Below are positions 48,216 to 58,373 of a stretch of 64,000 bases of DNA, piece by piece. Within the stretch, counting starts at the first letter, position 1; each line of letters begins with the position of its first letter. The stretch lies in the NCBI GenBank assembly GCA_030429765.1, contig JAUIER010000007.1, positions 4,372-68,371 on the forward strand, given 5' to 3'. The notes below the pieces were generated by a model. It did not search any database, had not been told where the DNA came from, and worked only from the letters and a program-made list of their open reading frames with translations. A program made the translations under genes and the position numbers. This DNA is from a bacterium. Its GTDB lineage: Bacteria > Omnitrophota > Gorgyraeia > Zapsychrales > Zapsychraceae.

Positions 48216-50554
48216 GACTTGTCCCCCTCCTGTTTTTCTTTTAGGGCCTTGATTATTTTGTCGGGCGTGATCGGTAATTCTTTGATTCGGATACCAATCG
48301 CATCTTCAATCGCGTTGGCTATCGCCGCGGATGTCGGAAGCAAAGAGGCTTCCCCCATTCCTTTAGCGCCGAATGGGCCTTCAGGATCATTGGTCTCGAC
48401 GAGAATACTGTTCATTTCGGGCATCCCCATAGTTCTAGGCAATCGATATCCGGCAAAATTTCCATTAGCCGGACGCCCTTTTTTGTCAAAATGTAAATTT
48501 TCCAGGAATGTATACCCGATCCCCATGGCCAGTGATCCTTCGATCTGGCCTTCCACCGACTGCGGATTGATGGCCTTGCCGATATCATGCGCGTCCCACA
48601 TCTTCAGGATCGTAACCTCACCCGAATCCGTGTCCACCTCAACCTCGGCGATCTGGGCCTCGAATCCGTAACTGCCGGAAACATTCCCTTCACCCGTCCG
48701 GAAATCGATCGGTGTAGTCTTGGGATTGTAGCTGCCCCGGCCGATAATCTGCCGGCCGTAGTTGAACGAGTACGCCAAGGTCAGCGCCTTATCGAAGTCC
48801 ATCAGCACGGACCCGTCGCTGGTATTAATGACCTCTTCAGCGCGGATATCCAGATCTTCCTGATTCACCCCAAGCTCCTCCGCCACGACTTTGAGAACCT
48901 GCTGTTTGGCATCGCGCGCCGCCAGGATTGTCGCGTTGCCTGAAATAAATGTCACCCGCGAGGCAAAACTGCCCGTGTCAAACGGCGTGATTTCGGTATC
49001 ACCGGACTTGCACTTGATTCGGCTGTAGCTCACGCCCAGCTCATGCGCCGCGATTTGAGACAACGCCGTATTGGATCCCTGTCCGGTGTCAGCCGCCCCG
49101 GTAAACAAATAGACCGATCCATCTTCTTCAACCTTGACGATGGATCCCGCGGATTCATGTGACTTGTACATTTTGGACCCCATAACATCCGCCGCGATAC
49201 CGATACCGATACCGCGTTTCAGATGCTTTTGCTGACCGCGTTTTTTATCCCAATCCGCCGCCGCGCAGGCCTTTTCAATGCATTCTTTGAGTCCATTGGT
49301 CGTCAATTTCATTTGATTAACCGTCGTCATGTTCGGCCCGGTGATATTCTTCATCCTGAACTCAACCGGATCCATCCCGATCCCCTCCGCCAGCATATCC
49401 ATGTGGGACTCGATCGCAAAGCCGGCCTGAACGCCGCCGAACCCACGCATTGCGCCGCTGATCGGCGTGTTGGTATACACGCGATAGCCGGTAATGCGAA
49501 AATGCTGCAGACGGTAGACCATAAAAATCCGCATAATCGCCGCGGCCAGCACTGTCGGACCATAACTGCAGTAGGCGCCGCCGTCAGCAATCACCTCGCC
49601 GGTCATGGCCACAATGGTTCCGTCTTTTTTGACGCCGGACTTAATCCGGTAAATCATTCCATGCTTGCGACGTGACGCTAAAAATTCTTCTTCGCGGTTG
49701 TAACAAATCTTGACCGGCAATCCACCGGCTTTCTTAGAGAGCATACAGGCCGCGAAATCCATCGGCAGCATTTCCAACTTGCCGCCAAACCCGCCGCCAA
49801 CGGCCATCTTGATGACACGGACGTCATTGAGATCCATCTTCAAGGTCTTAGCCAATGCCTCCCGGCATTTAAATGGTGCCTGGCTGGAGGCCCAAAGTGT
49901 AACTTTGTTGGAAAAGGTCTCCCATTGTCCGACGCAAACATGCGGCTCCATCGCTGACTGATGCGCGGCCGGCGCGTAAAATTTATCTTCACGGACATAA
50001 TCCGCCTCTTTCATCGTCCGGTCGGGATTACCAAAATTGACAGGAAGGATCACCGCGATATTGTTCAGCGATTCATGGATCAATGGCGAACCCGGCTTCA
50101 TCGCCTCTTCGACGTCAACCACATGCGGCAGTTTCTCATATTCAACCTTGATCAATTTTAGGGCCTTATCGGCTGTCTCTTCGTCGACGGCAGCCACTGC
50201 ACCGAGCTCATCCCCCACATAACGGACCTTTTCCGCCTCGATCGCCATCTGGTCGATGGTGTGCGGAAAGAAATACTCGTTGGACCCAAACTTGATATTG
50301 TGCGTGTCCTTAGCCGTCACTACAGCGCGAACGCCCGGCAGCTTTTCCGCCTCCGAGGTGTCGATACTTATAATCTTGGCATGCGGATGCGGTGAACGCA
50401 GCATCTTGCCGATGAGCATATTGGGAAAACTCACATCAAAGGCGTATTTGGTTTGACCGGTCACCATCCCCAATCCGTCAATGCGCGGCACACTCTTGCC
50501 GACGGGATCCACATACTTCGCTTTATGATTGGTTGTGTTCACGCTCATGAGCAC
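48212..50554 (-). CDS. Molybdopterin-binding large subunit of a xanthine dehydrogenase / aldehyde oxidase family enzyme (CoxL/XdhA-like)
   Basis: 780 aa with Ald_Xan_dh_C and C2 domain signatures (..GGGFGGK.., ..AGAADTGQGS..). Collinear with the adjacent FAD and 2Fe-2S subunits. Confidence 0.85.
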   Translation of the reverse strand: MLMSVNTTNHKAKYVDPVGKSVPRIDGLGMVTGQTKYAFDVSFPNMLIGKMLRSPHPHAKIISIDTSEAEKLPGVRAVVTAKDTHNIKFGSNEYFFPHTIDQMAIEAEKVRYVGDELGAVAAVDEETADKALKLIKVEYEKLPHVVDVEEAMKPGSPLIHESLNNIAVILPVNFGNPDRTMKEADYVREDKFYAPAAHQSAMEPHVCVGQWETFSNKVTLWASSQAPFKCREALAKTLKMDLNDVRVIKMAVGGGFGGKLEMLPMDFAACMLSKKAGGLPVKICYNREEEFLASRRKHGMIYRIKSGVKKDGTIVAMTGEVIADGGAYCSYGPTVLAAAIMRIFMVYRLQHFRITGYRVYTNTPISGAMRGFGGVQAGFAIESHMDMLAEGIGMDPVEFRMKNITGPNMTTVNQMKLTTNGLKECIEKACAAADWDKKRGQQKHLKRGIGIGIAADVMGSKMYKSHESAGSIVKVEEDGSVYLFTGAADTGQGSNTALSQIAAHELGVSYSRIKCKSGDTEITPFDTGSFASRVTFISGNATILAARDAKQQVLKVVAEELGVNQEDLDIRAEEVINTSDGSVLMDFDKALTLAYSFNYGRQIIGRGSYNPKTTPIDFRTGEGNVSGSYGFEAQIAEVEVDTDSGEVTILKMWDAHDIGKAINPQSVEGQIEGSLAMGIGYTFLENLHFDKKGRPANGNFAGYRLPRTMGMPEMNSILVETNDPEGPFGAKGMGEASLLPTSAAIANAIEDAIGIRIKELPITPDKIIKALKEKQEGDKS

Positions 50555-51042
50555 ACCTCTTGAGACTGAGGCTGATCTTTCTGCGCCTGCATCTGTTGTC
50601 CCGCTGATTCAATCGCCTCGATGATTTTCAGATAACCGGCGCACCGGCACAAATTTCCGTCGAGCGCGTAATCAATCTCTTCCCGTGTGGGCGCTGTATT
50701 CTGGTCCAATAAGGCCTTGGCCGACATGATAAATCCCGGAATACAAAATCCGCACTGAACCGCCCCCTTGTCCAAAAACGCCTGTTGCAGCGGATGTAGG
50801 TCTTCATTCTGCGCCAGCCCCTCGATACTGATAATCCGATCACCTTCCAGGGCGGCCGCCATCGTGATACAGGCTAACACCGCCTTGCCGTTGACAGTCA
50901 CCGTGCACGTGCCGCATTCGGATTCTTCACATCCGGTTTTCGTACCCGTCAGTCCCAGATGATCCCGTAACACTTCCAGGAGCGTTTCATTGCCCTTGAG
51001 ATCCAGCTCATAATTTTTGTGATTGATATTTAGCGTCGTCAT
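50545..51042 (-). CDS. (2Fe-2S)-binding small subunit of a molybdenum hydroxylase (CoxS-like)
   Basis: Plant-type ferredoxin Cys cluster CEESECGTCTV and a second cluster CGFCIPG...CRCAGY. Confidence 0.85.
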   Translation of the reverse strand: MTTLNINHKNYELDLKGNETLLEVLRDHLGLTGTKTGCEESECGTCTVTVNGKAVLACITMAAALEGDRIISIEGLAQNEDLHPLQQAFLDKGAVQCGFCIPGFIMSAKALLDQNTAPTREEIDYALDGNLCRCAGYLKIIEAIESAGQQMQAQKDQPQSQEVCS

Positions 51043-51066
51043 ATTTGTATCCCTGCTTGGATTGGA

Positions 51067-51915
51067 TTATCCTCCGGCCAGCAATTCCTGTACAGCGCTT
51101 TTCAGGCTGACTTCAAACATGTGCCGTTTATAATCTGACCCTCTTTTGTCGTAAATCGCATCGGTTAGATGTTCGGTAATGGTGTCGACGGACTTGTCGT
51201 TGAGCTGATTTGTATTCAAAAACTCCTCCAACGTCGTATCTCTTTGCGCAAACTCAACACAGTTGTTGATCGACACACACGCGTCGCTGATCGTTCCACC
51301 GGAAATCTCGCCGGAAATCAATAGCGACAGCATCGGAATATCGACATATTGAGATTTTTTCACCCGTCGATAACTGGTCCGACGCTGTGGATTCAACGGC
51401 AATGTTACATGCGTTAATATATTGTCCGTCTTGGCCTCATTCTTAAAAAACTCTTCGGCGGACATGGATAAAGATTTGCCGTTGTGATCCGTGAAATGCA
51501 GCATCGCCTTCAAACCGATGCAAACGGCCGGCATCTCGGTCCAGGTGTAACGGCACGTCAGATTCCCTCCGATCGTCGCCATATTTCGAATAGGCTGTGT
51601 GGAAATATTACGGCAAACCTGCTTCAGCACGGGAAAATGCTCGGTCGCGACAGCGTCGTCGAAGATTTCGGCAATCGTCGTCATGGAACCAATCCGCAAC
51701 GCATCGGATTCTAACATGATCCCCCGAAGCTCGTCGATCTTCTGCAGAGTAATCACGTGATCCGGCGTACGGGCACCATTGCGTTTAAGAAGCTTCAGCG
51801 CATTGAGTAAAAATGTCCCGCCGGCCTGCAGACGGTAATGCTCCAAGTCTTTCAGCAGGACATTGAGTTCCGATAAAGTTGTTGGTGTGTGAAATGTTAG
51901 TGGATTAAGTAACAT
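51067..51915 (-). CDS. FAD-binding medium subunit of a molybdenum hydroxylase (CoxM-like)
   Basis: FAD_binding_5 / CO dehydrogenase flavoprotein pattern (..AGGTFLL..., ..ATIGGNL..). Confidence 0.8.
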   Translation of the reverse strand: MLLNPLTFHTPTTLSELNVLLKDLEHYRLQAGGTFLLNALKLLKRNGARTPDHVITLQKIDELRGIMLESDALRIGSMTTIAEIFDDAVATEHFPVLKQVCRNISTQPIRNMATIGGNLTCRYTWTEMPAVCIGLKAMLHFTDHNGKSLSMSAEEFFKNEAKTDNILTHVTLPLNPQRRTSYRRVKKSQYVDIPMLSLLISGEISGGTISDACVSINNCVEFAQRDTTLEEFLNTNQLNDKSVDTITEHLTDAIYDKRGSDYKRHMFEVSLKSAVQELLAGG

Positions 51916-52004
51916 CGAGTCTTTAAGTTACATGATTTAAACATACTTTTCAAGTGCTAATTTCAATGCCGGACTGGATCTTTAACTTTCATATTATCAA
52001 TAAC

Positions 52005-53849
52005 TTATGATTCACCTCGCCCGGCCACATATTCATCAACCGCCACATCCACCACCGCGAAATCCCAGCCGTTGGAGGCCACCTCTTCCTTAATGGCCTC
52101 GGCCGGCAACTTGGCAAAGTGTTCATGATGCGCCTGAAAATACGTCCGTAGCACATTGAGGTTGTATTTCTGCTGAGGGTTCAACAGCCAGCGTAATTGA
52201 CGCTCTTGGACCGGACGATTCATCCAGAACGCGATCAAGGCGTATACCAATGGCAGCCCGATCACCAATAGGGCTCCGGCAAAATAACCGGTCTGCACCT
52301 CTCCGAACAGATAACCGGTGGAATGCCAAAAGGCATCAAAGACATAATGCGCGATCAAGACACAAATAATGCCGTAGCGTAGATACATCACAGAAAGAAT
52401 AATTCCGAGAATCGAGACCTCAACCGCCCGAAACCACATCGGATAAACCGGGTAAGCCGAATGGGCACATCCCCACAAAACTGATGACAGAATGACCGCC
52501 ACCGCCGTGTTTTTAAAAATCTTTTTCCCGAATCCAATCGCAAACAGACGGTACAGGATTTCCTCGGTAACACTGGCTCGAAATCCCAATGTGATACCGG
52601 CTAGAAATGGAAGATACGAAGTGGTCAGTGTGGTCATCCAGCTGTACTCTACCCAGACACCAAAATAGGCCTGACCCAACCGAATCATAATCGACTGACA
52701 TCCTAATAATATCAGGAAGAAAACATATCCAAGCAAAATTGAACGGGCCACGTCCCGTGAAAAGAAGGTGGTCTGCACATAATGCAGAAAACTCCCCGCT
52801 TTCCTATCCTTCAAAGTTTCGATGTGGACTAACTCTCCCGAAAGCCCCGGCATCAAAACCATCACCGAAGCCATCAATGCACCGACCAGCGCATTGACGA
52901 AATACCGAATGAGGTAGGCATTGTAGGGCGATGTTGTGGGATACGAGACCGTGATAGCCTCCAGTTGATTAAAGAATCCGCCGATCGACAAAAGAAAAAT
53001 TCCGAGCGCAAGAATCATGTAGACCTTTTTGGTCACATGCATGGCCAGATGATTTCGCTTGGAGACAACGTAGTAAATAGACGCCACAAACAGCAGCATA
53101 TAAAAGATCTGAACGACCAGATTGAGATTCTGCGACACGTCAGCGCTCTCGGCGAGAAAACGTGTAAAATCCTCGGGCACCTTAAACGCGTTGCTGGAGA
53201 ACCGTAAAATCTGGTCTCCACTCACCGCAATCGATGTGACCAGTTTTCCCGTCCCCGCTGTTTCATCGTCTTTCCACGGCACGGCCACATCTTTGTGCTG
53301 CCAGATAAATGAGTGTTCCTTGCGAAAATCATAATGCGTCGTAAGATCGCCCTTCTGCTCATGCTGATCGATATCGAAGCCGAATCTTTCAGATAAAAAG
53401 GCGACAGCGCGTTCCAGAGCCTCCTCCTTCTCCACATCCGGGATCTCGGCGGTCTCTTCCAGACTGCGGTGATAGCTGATGATTTCCCCGGAGGAAGATG
53501 AAATGGCGACAGAATGCGAGCGTTTTTCACCTTCCTTGAAAAACTTGACATTCCAGAAGAACAGATCGTAGTTGTATTCATCGACAAAATTGCGTAGCCC
53601 ATCAATACCGATGGTTCGCTGCAGATAACGATTGGACGCACTGGCGCGTTTAAAGACAACGGCATGGCGGTAGGAGCCGGCGTCATCATCCACCGAACTA
53701 ATGTACTGAGTCGCGATCTGTAACGCCTTGTCGCGATCAACATTCAGGCTGGCAAAGTTCATTTGCTGATACGTCAATCCGTACCAGGCCAAAAGGCCCA
53801 ACAACGCCAAACCGCAGTAGGTCAACCACTGTCGAACGGTAATATTCAT
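52005..53849 (-). CDS. CPBP-family (CAAX-type) intramembrane metalloprotease with a large N-terminal extracytoplasmic domain
   Basis: C-terminal half carries the three CPBP motifs: EEILYR (EExxxR), GCAHSAY (FxxxH-like) and HYVFDAF (HxxxD). The N-terminal half has a signal anchor plus a soluble domain. Confidence 0.6.
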   Translation of the reverse strand: MNITVRQWLTYCGLALLGLLAWYGLTYQQMNFASLNVDRDKALQIATQYISSVDDDAGSYRHAVVFKRASASNRYLQRTIGIDGLRNFVDEYNYDLFFWNVKFFKEGEKRSHSVAISSSSGEIISYHRSLEETAEIPDVEKEEALERAVAFLSERFGFDIDQHEQKGDLTTHYDFRKEHSFIWQHKDVAVPWKDDETAGTGKLVTSIAVSGDQILRFSSNAFKVPEDFTRFLAESADVSQNLNLVVQIFYMLLFVASIYYVVSKRNHLAMHVTKKVYMILALGIFLLSIGGFFNQLEAITVSYPTTSPYNAYLIRYFVNALVGALMASVMVLMPGLSGELVHIETLKDRKAGSFLHYVQTTFFSRDVARSILLGYVFFLILLGCQSIMIRLGQAYFGVWVEYSWMTTLTTSYLPFLAGITLGFRASVTEEILYRLFAIGFGKKIFKNTAVAVILSSVLWGCAHSAYPVYPMWFRAVEVSILGIILSVMYLRYGIICVLIAHYVFDAFWHSTGYLFGEVQTGYFAGALLVIGLPLVYALIAFWMNRPVQERQLRWLLNPQQKYNLNVLRTYFQAHHEHFAKLPAEAIKEEVASNGWDFAVVDVAVDEYVAGRGES

Positions 53850-53914
53850 ATACTTAGTATTGGATCAAAAATGAAATTTTACGGATGTATCTCTAATGTT
53901 CACCAAAAAATAAA

Positions 53915-54598
53915 CTAAAGCAAACTGATCACTTCCTTAGGCAATTTATCGAGTTCCTGGTTGCCCAGCACCTTGATCGCCCAGCGCATCAGCTTTAATT
54001 TCTGTTTGAGACGCTCGTCGGGCTCAACCACGGTCTCCAGACGTTTGCGGGATAGAAACAAAACCTTTCGCAAGGTGTTAAACATAATCCTCGCCTCGCG
54101 CGGCCGGTTGTTTCCGGTGTCGATCATATTCTCCAGTGCGAGAAACGCCATTTCGTTTACAGTCGTGTTGTAGTGGTCGAGCTTTTGGATGAGGACTGGA
54201 ACCATGGACTTGAAATATTTGTAGCGGTCGAGCAGACATAAGGTGTGCATGATCTCCACCTGCACGAAAGGCGAATCAGTTTTATTGAGCCGCCGCAACA
54301 ATACCTTCTCGACATTTTTCTTCTCCCGCGACACGACTTCTTCGGCGTAGTTTTCCCGGAAAACGCGCAGCGCCGCGGCCCGTTGGTATGGACTGGGAAG
54401 CGCGTCGTCATTGACCATCGCCATAAGGATTTCTTTGGAGTACTTGCTGTATTGCTGCGCGCCGCGGTCCAAATTTTTCTTGTCATCAAAGATATGAAAC
54501 CCATTGGGATCCGACATGGTCGTCATCTGCGCTTGAACGACCGCCGCCGGCCATGCTAAAACCGATATCATCAATACTGTACAAAACAAATTTCTCAT
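53915..54598 (-). CDS. Hypothetical secreted helical protein
   Basis: Signal peptide MRNLFCTVLMISVLAWPAAVVQA; helical repeats. No identifiable motif. Confidence 0.5.
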   Translation of the reverse strand: MRNLFCTVLMISVLAWPAAVVQAQMTTMSDPNGFHIFDDKKNLDRGAQQYSKYSKEILMAMVNDDALPSPYQRAAALRVFRENYAEEVVSREKKNVEKVLLRRLNKTDSPFVQVEIMHTLCLLDRYKYFKSMVPVLIQKLDHYNTTVNEMAFLALENMIDTGNNRPREARIMFNTLRKVLFLSRKRLETVVEPDERLKQKLKLMRWAIKVLGNQELDKLPKEVISLL

Positions 54599-55455
54599 TT
54601 TTTTAGAATCTCCATGGAAAAATCGACGGATACCGCTGAATGTGTCAGCGCGCCGATTGAAATACGTTCAACTCCTGTTTGCGCAATGGCCTTAACCCGT
54701 CGCAATGAAACACCGCCCGACGCTTCAAGCGGAATGGACGGATCAATCCTGTCGCGCATCTGCACGGCCTTCTTCATGGTTGACGGTGTCATGTTGTCCA
54801 ACAAGATAATGTCCGGACCAGCCAGCAGGGCCTCGGCCAGCTGTGCCATCGTATCAACTTCGATCACAATGCGTTTACGCGTTTGCGACCGGACCTTCTG
54901 AATGCTCTCCGCGATGGAAATCTCCGGCTGACACACCTCCCGGTGATTATCCTTGATCATCACCATATCCGCCAGCGACATGCGGTGGTTAACCCCGCCG
55001 CCGACCCGCACCGCATATTTTTCAAACTCACGCAGTGTCGGGGTGGTTTTCCGCGTGTCCAGAATCTGTACCTGTTGCCGTCCCGCCGCCTGCACATACG
55101 CCGACGTCAGTGTGGCTATGCCCGATAAATATCCCAGAAAATTCAGCGCCACCCGCTCGCCCGACAAGAGCGCACGTGTTCGTGCCTTCAGGCTTAAAAC
55201 AGTCTCGCCGCGGCGGATATTCTCGCCATCTTTGCAGGAGACCTTAATCCGGGCCGACGGATCCAGCTGTCTAAACACGCTCCTGGCCAGATCCATCCCA
55301 CAAAGGACGGCATCCTTTTTCACAAATATATGCGCTTCAGAGACTTGCCGTGCATTGACCAATGAGCGCGTCGTTACATCAGACCGCGCATCATCCTCGG
55401 CCAGTGCCCTCGAAATGATCATATTGATAGTTTTACGATTAATCGATCGCCCCAT
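54595..55455 (-). CDS. nadC: Nicotinate-nucleotide pyrophosphorylase (carboxylating), NadC
   Basis: ..DVTT..; ..VMIKDNH..; ..ILLDNM...EASGGV.. is conserved QPRTase architecture. The likely true start is the internal ATG at 55422 (MIISRALAEDD). Confidence 0.85.
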   Translation of the reverse strand: MGRSINRKTINMIISRALAEDDARSDVTTRSLVNARQVSEAHIFVKKDAVLCGMDLARSVFRQLDPSARIKVSCKDGENIRRGETVLSLKARTRALLSGERVALNFLGYLSGIATLTSAYVQAAGRQQVQILDTRKTTPTLREFEKYAVRVGGGVNHRMSLADMVMIKDNHREVCQPEISIAESIQKVRSQTRKRIVIEVDTMAQLAEALLAGPDIILLDNMTPSTMKKAVQMRDRIDPSIPLEASGGVSLRRVKAIAQTGVERISIGALTHSAVSVDFSMEILKK

Positions 55456-55534
55456 GATGTCCTGACATTATAGGTAGCCCGCTGTTAACATTCAACTCAA
55501 ATCTCCCAAGAACCGTCATCGTCACATAACCGTC

Positions 55535-55744
55535 TTATCGGGATTCCTTCCGGCCGAACACCTTCCAAACGAGATAAAAATACGTCGCAGCAAAAATCGC
55601 GGCAATCCATTGCCACGGGATCAACAGAATACGCGGCAGGCAATGCACCAGCAGTAACGTAAAACAGAACACATTGATCTTCACAAATCCGACATCAACC
55701 CAGTTCAGCCGTTTAATCTTACCATTCGCCCAGTCATTGAACAT
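55535..55744 (-). CDS. Small two-TM membrane protein, paralogue of the gene at 58374..58577
   Basis: 69 aa: MFNDWANGKIKRLNWVDVGFVKINVFCFTLLLV...FAATYFYLVWKVF. Aligns with MIGDWMNERVRRMKWQDIALLKICVFSLALLLA...FLVTYLYLILEIY on the shared pattern DWxN..R..W.D....KI.VF...LLL......TY.YL. Confidence 0.5.
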   Translation of the reverse strand: MFNDWANGKIKRLNWVDVGFVKINVFCFTLLLVHCLPRILLIPWQWIAAIFAATYFYLVWKVFGRKESR

Positions 55745-55756
55745 GTCAACCTCCTG

Positions 55757-56056
55757 TTAATGGTGTTCGTTTAGTAACGCCCGGATCATCTCGGCACGTT
55801 CATCCTCAAGCGACAACTTGCTGCGCGGCTGCCCAGCCCGCGAGTACCAGTAACCGGCATTAAATTGATCGCCCTCTTTTCGGTGGAGATAGGCATGGAC
55901 CCAACTCCCCTGCCGAGACGGATCATCCTGAGCCACCGCGTGCGCCTGCTCCCAGTCGTCCCGGCAATCCCACCACAAGGCCTTTAGAGCGGGCGAAAGA
56001 TCCTTGGGCGGATGATTTAACTTGAGGGTATCCCAGAATTCTGATTCCTTCATCAT
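55757..56056 (-). CDS. Hypothetical protein (99 aa)
   Basis: ORF with Trp/His-rich conserved-looking segments (ALWWDCRDDWEQAHAV...WVHAYLHRKEGD). No family assignable. Confidence 0.4.
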   Translation of the reverse strand: MMKESEFWDTLKLNHPPKDLSPALKALWWDCRDDWEQAHAVAQDDPSRQGSWVHAYLHRKEGDQFNAGYWYSRAGQPRSKLSLEDERAEMIRALLNEHH

Positions 56057-56063
56057 TCAAATC

Positions 56064-56336
56064 CTAACGGCGCCCCGCCTTCATGCTTGACTCATAATCC
56101 GTAAAATAACGCTGGATCAGCGGCAATTCAAATTCACTGAGAATCATGGTCTGCGGTTCGCGTTTGAGCAGAAACTCAAACGATCGACGGATCAAATCCT
56201 CACATGATATTTCTCCAGCGGTCAATTGTTGGTGATAAGCCGGGCTTAGGGTGACGCGATGCCGGGTCTGCGTTTGATCCTTCACCGTCACATCAAATGT
56301 ATTTTCACCCACGGATGTCACATCAATCATATACAT
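56064..56336 (-). CDS. Hypothetical protein (90 aa)
   Basis: ORF co-directional and tightly spaced with its neighbours. No family assignable. Confidence 0.4.
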   Translation of the reverse strand: MYMIDVTSVGENTFDVTVKDQTQTRHRVTLSPAYHQQLTAGEISCEDLIRRSFEFLLKREPQTMILSEFELPLIQRYFTDYESSMKAGRR

Positions 56337-56339
56337 ACC

Positions 56340-56951
56340 TCACACTTGTTTGTAACGGAAACAATCCGTTGTATGGTCATTGACCAATCCCGCCGCCTGC
56401 ATGTAGGCATAGCAGATCGTCGGTCCCACAAAATTAAATCCGCGCCGTTTAAGGTCCTTGCTCATCGCGACAGCTTCGTCTGTCTTGGACGGTAAATCCC
56501 GCATGGATTTAAAGCCGTTCCGCCGGGGCTGACCATCGACAAATTTCCAGATGTATTTGTCGAACGAACCAAATTCTTTCTGGACCTTCAGAAAGGCCTA
56601 CGCGTTAGTCACCGTCGAGCGAACCTTTAAACGATTGCGCACGATCCGCTCATCAGTCAGGATCCGTTCGATATCCGCTTCCGTAAAACGGGCGACTTTT
56701 TTGGGATCAAAATTTTTGAAGACCTTACGGTATCCATCACGTTTTCGCAAAATGGTCAACCAACTCAGACCGGCCTGCGCTCCTTCTAACGTGATGAATT
56801 CGAAATGCAACCGGTCATCATGCACCGGCACGCCCCATTCCGCGTCATGATACGCGTAATGATCTTCATGGCTCATCGCCCATTCGCAACGTTTGATTTT
56901 TGCAGGATTCATATTATGTGTTCGATCCTCGTTAATAAGTTGTTCAGACAA
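56340..56951 (-). pseudogene. tag: DNA-3-methyladenine glycosylase I (tag) interrupted by an in-frame amber (TAG) codon
   Basis: The N-terminal part (to 56601) matches Tag: CEWA...YHDAEWGVPVHDDRLHFEFITLEGAQAGLSWLTILRKRDGYR. TAG at 56598-56600 replaces the conserved Arg of ..NAR.. The frame then continues for 85 more Tag-like residues (..GFNFVGPTICYAYMQAAGLVNDH..) to the TGA at 56340-56342. Confidence 0.7.
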
Positions 56952-56955
56952 ATCG

Positions 56956-57252
56956 TCACTCGCGTGACTTATTCAGCGAACGGCTAATCCATTGCCCTAC
57001 CCGCGTAAAGCCGCATCCTATGAGGTAGATTAAACCGATATTGAGCAGGATCATAACAATGTAGCTCACCATCATAAACTTCTCCGTGAGAAAACGGTCC
57101 GCCAACATAATCCACGGGATCACCGGTAACAAAACCATCATACCGCAATACGTTCCCGTGCAAGTCTTGGCGTAAATCCAGGCCCAGACTAACAATAGAA
57201 CGTACAACCCGACCAGAATCAATCCCGCTCGCGACCACCTCTTAGTTCCCAT
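56956..57252 (-). CDS. Hypothetical small membrane protein
   Basis: Three hydrophobic helices. The start is uncertain: the ORF extends to 57324 but overlaps the upstream gene; an internal ATG (MGTKRW) sits at 57252. Confidence 0.4.
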   Translation of the reverse strand: MGTKRWSRAGLILVGLYVLLLVWAWIYAKTCTGTYCGMMVLLPVIPWIMLADRFLTEKFMMVSYIVMILLNIGLIYLIGCGFTRVGQWISRSLNKSRE

Positions 57253-57745
57253 TGGATTGCCCCTTCTCTGGCTTTGTAAAAACAGCCCACACCATAAATC
57301 CAAATCCCACCAACAGACTGGCATATCCGATAATCGTCATACGGCTGATCGGATTGATTTCAAGTGTCGATTGACGCGGCTTGTATTTGTTGTAATACAC
57401 GGGCAGCTCCAACCCTTTGGGGTACTTCTGGATAACGGCTTGAGCCGCCTCAAGGCTTTTATCGGCCAGCGTGAAAACTTTTTTGGATAGATGGACCTTC
57501 ATGGTCGTCACGTTGGTGTATTTGTATGTGACAGTGGGCACATAATGGACCACTGTCTTACGCGCACGGGGCTGTGTGGGATTCACCACCTGATTTGACT
57601 CCCTGATGGTAGCCGCCATCACCATCCCCTTCGACTCCACCCACTCAATTCGTGAATGAGGATTAATCAGTATAAGTATGCCGAGCAGACCGAGCACCAT
57701 CCCAATGGTCAGGCGCATCGTCATCGTAGGATTTTGATTGGACAT
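57242..57745 (-). CDS. DUF3592-like membrane protein
   Basis: N-terminal TM, a central beta-rich region and a C-terminal TM (IIGYASLLVGFGFMVWAVF), the topology typical of DUF3592. Confidence 0.5.
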   Translation of the reverse strand: MSNQNPTMTMRLTIGMVLGLLGILILINPHSRIEWVESKGMVMAATIRESNQVVNPTQPRARKTVVHYVPTVTYKYTNVTTMKVHLSKKVFTLADKSLEAAQAVIQKYPKGLELPVYYNKYKPRQSTLEINPISRMTIIGYASLLVGFGFMVWAVFTKPEKGQSNGN

Positions 57746-57822
57746 GGATTATCTCCGCTTTGCCAGGACGGGGTATTTTAGCACACCTGCTGGCGATGCG
57801 GAAGCAGTTATCAGACGATGAT

Positions 57823-58371
57823 TTACAGAAACGGCAGGTACTTGCGGATGGAATCGACGGTATGGGCCAACTGCGGATGTTCCAGCCCGATTCGAGTCCC
57901 CATTAATTTGAGGATGACACAAAAATCCTGAAGGCCCGACTCGACCGCCTTCTTATGGCCTACGACATCGACTAACTGATGGATCGATTCGTAGGCCAGA
58001 TCAACACTGGATTCATTGGCCGCTAACTGACTGAGATAATCGAGGATCTTTTCAAATTCATCATGGTAAAGCCAGACGCCCCGACAGTTTTGACAGATAT
58101 CGATAAATACATTGGAATGATCATACTCAATGGAGTGCATCTCAGTCTGGCATGCTGGACACAGCACCCCCTCCGGCGTTTTTTCCTGTGGATCGAGTTC
58201 ATGATTAAACGGGTCGAAGTTGATCCAACTTAAATCCGCATCCGCGGAGTCTTTGGCCTTTTTCAGTTCATCACGCGCGAACCACTGACCGTGACAATGC
58301 GGGCACTGATCCACCTGCACGCCGAAAAATTCGTGCGGACTCAATTGTGTCTGACAATCGGGACAGTACAT
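57823..58371 (-). CDS. Double zinc-ribbon (zf-TFIIB-like) domain protein
   Basis: Two CPxC...CxxC modules (CPDCQTQL..CPHCHGQWFARDEL and CPACQTEM..CQNCRGVWLYHDEF) match the Zn-ribbon pattern CPxC..L....C..C.G.W.D..E. Confidence 0.6.
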   Translation of the reverse strand: MYCPDCQTQLSPHEFFGVQVDQCPHCHGQWFARDELKKAKDSADADLSWINFDPFNHELDPQEKTPEGVLCPACQTEMHSIEYDHSNVFIDICQNCRGVWLYHDEFEKILDYLSQLAANESSVDLAYESIHQLVDVVGHKKAVESGLQDFCVILKLMGTRIGLEHPQLAHTVDSIRKYLPFL

Positions 58372-58373
58372 CG

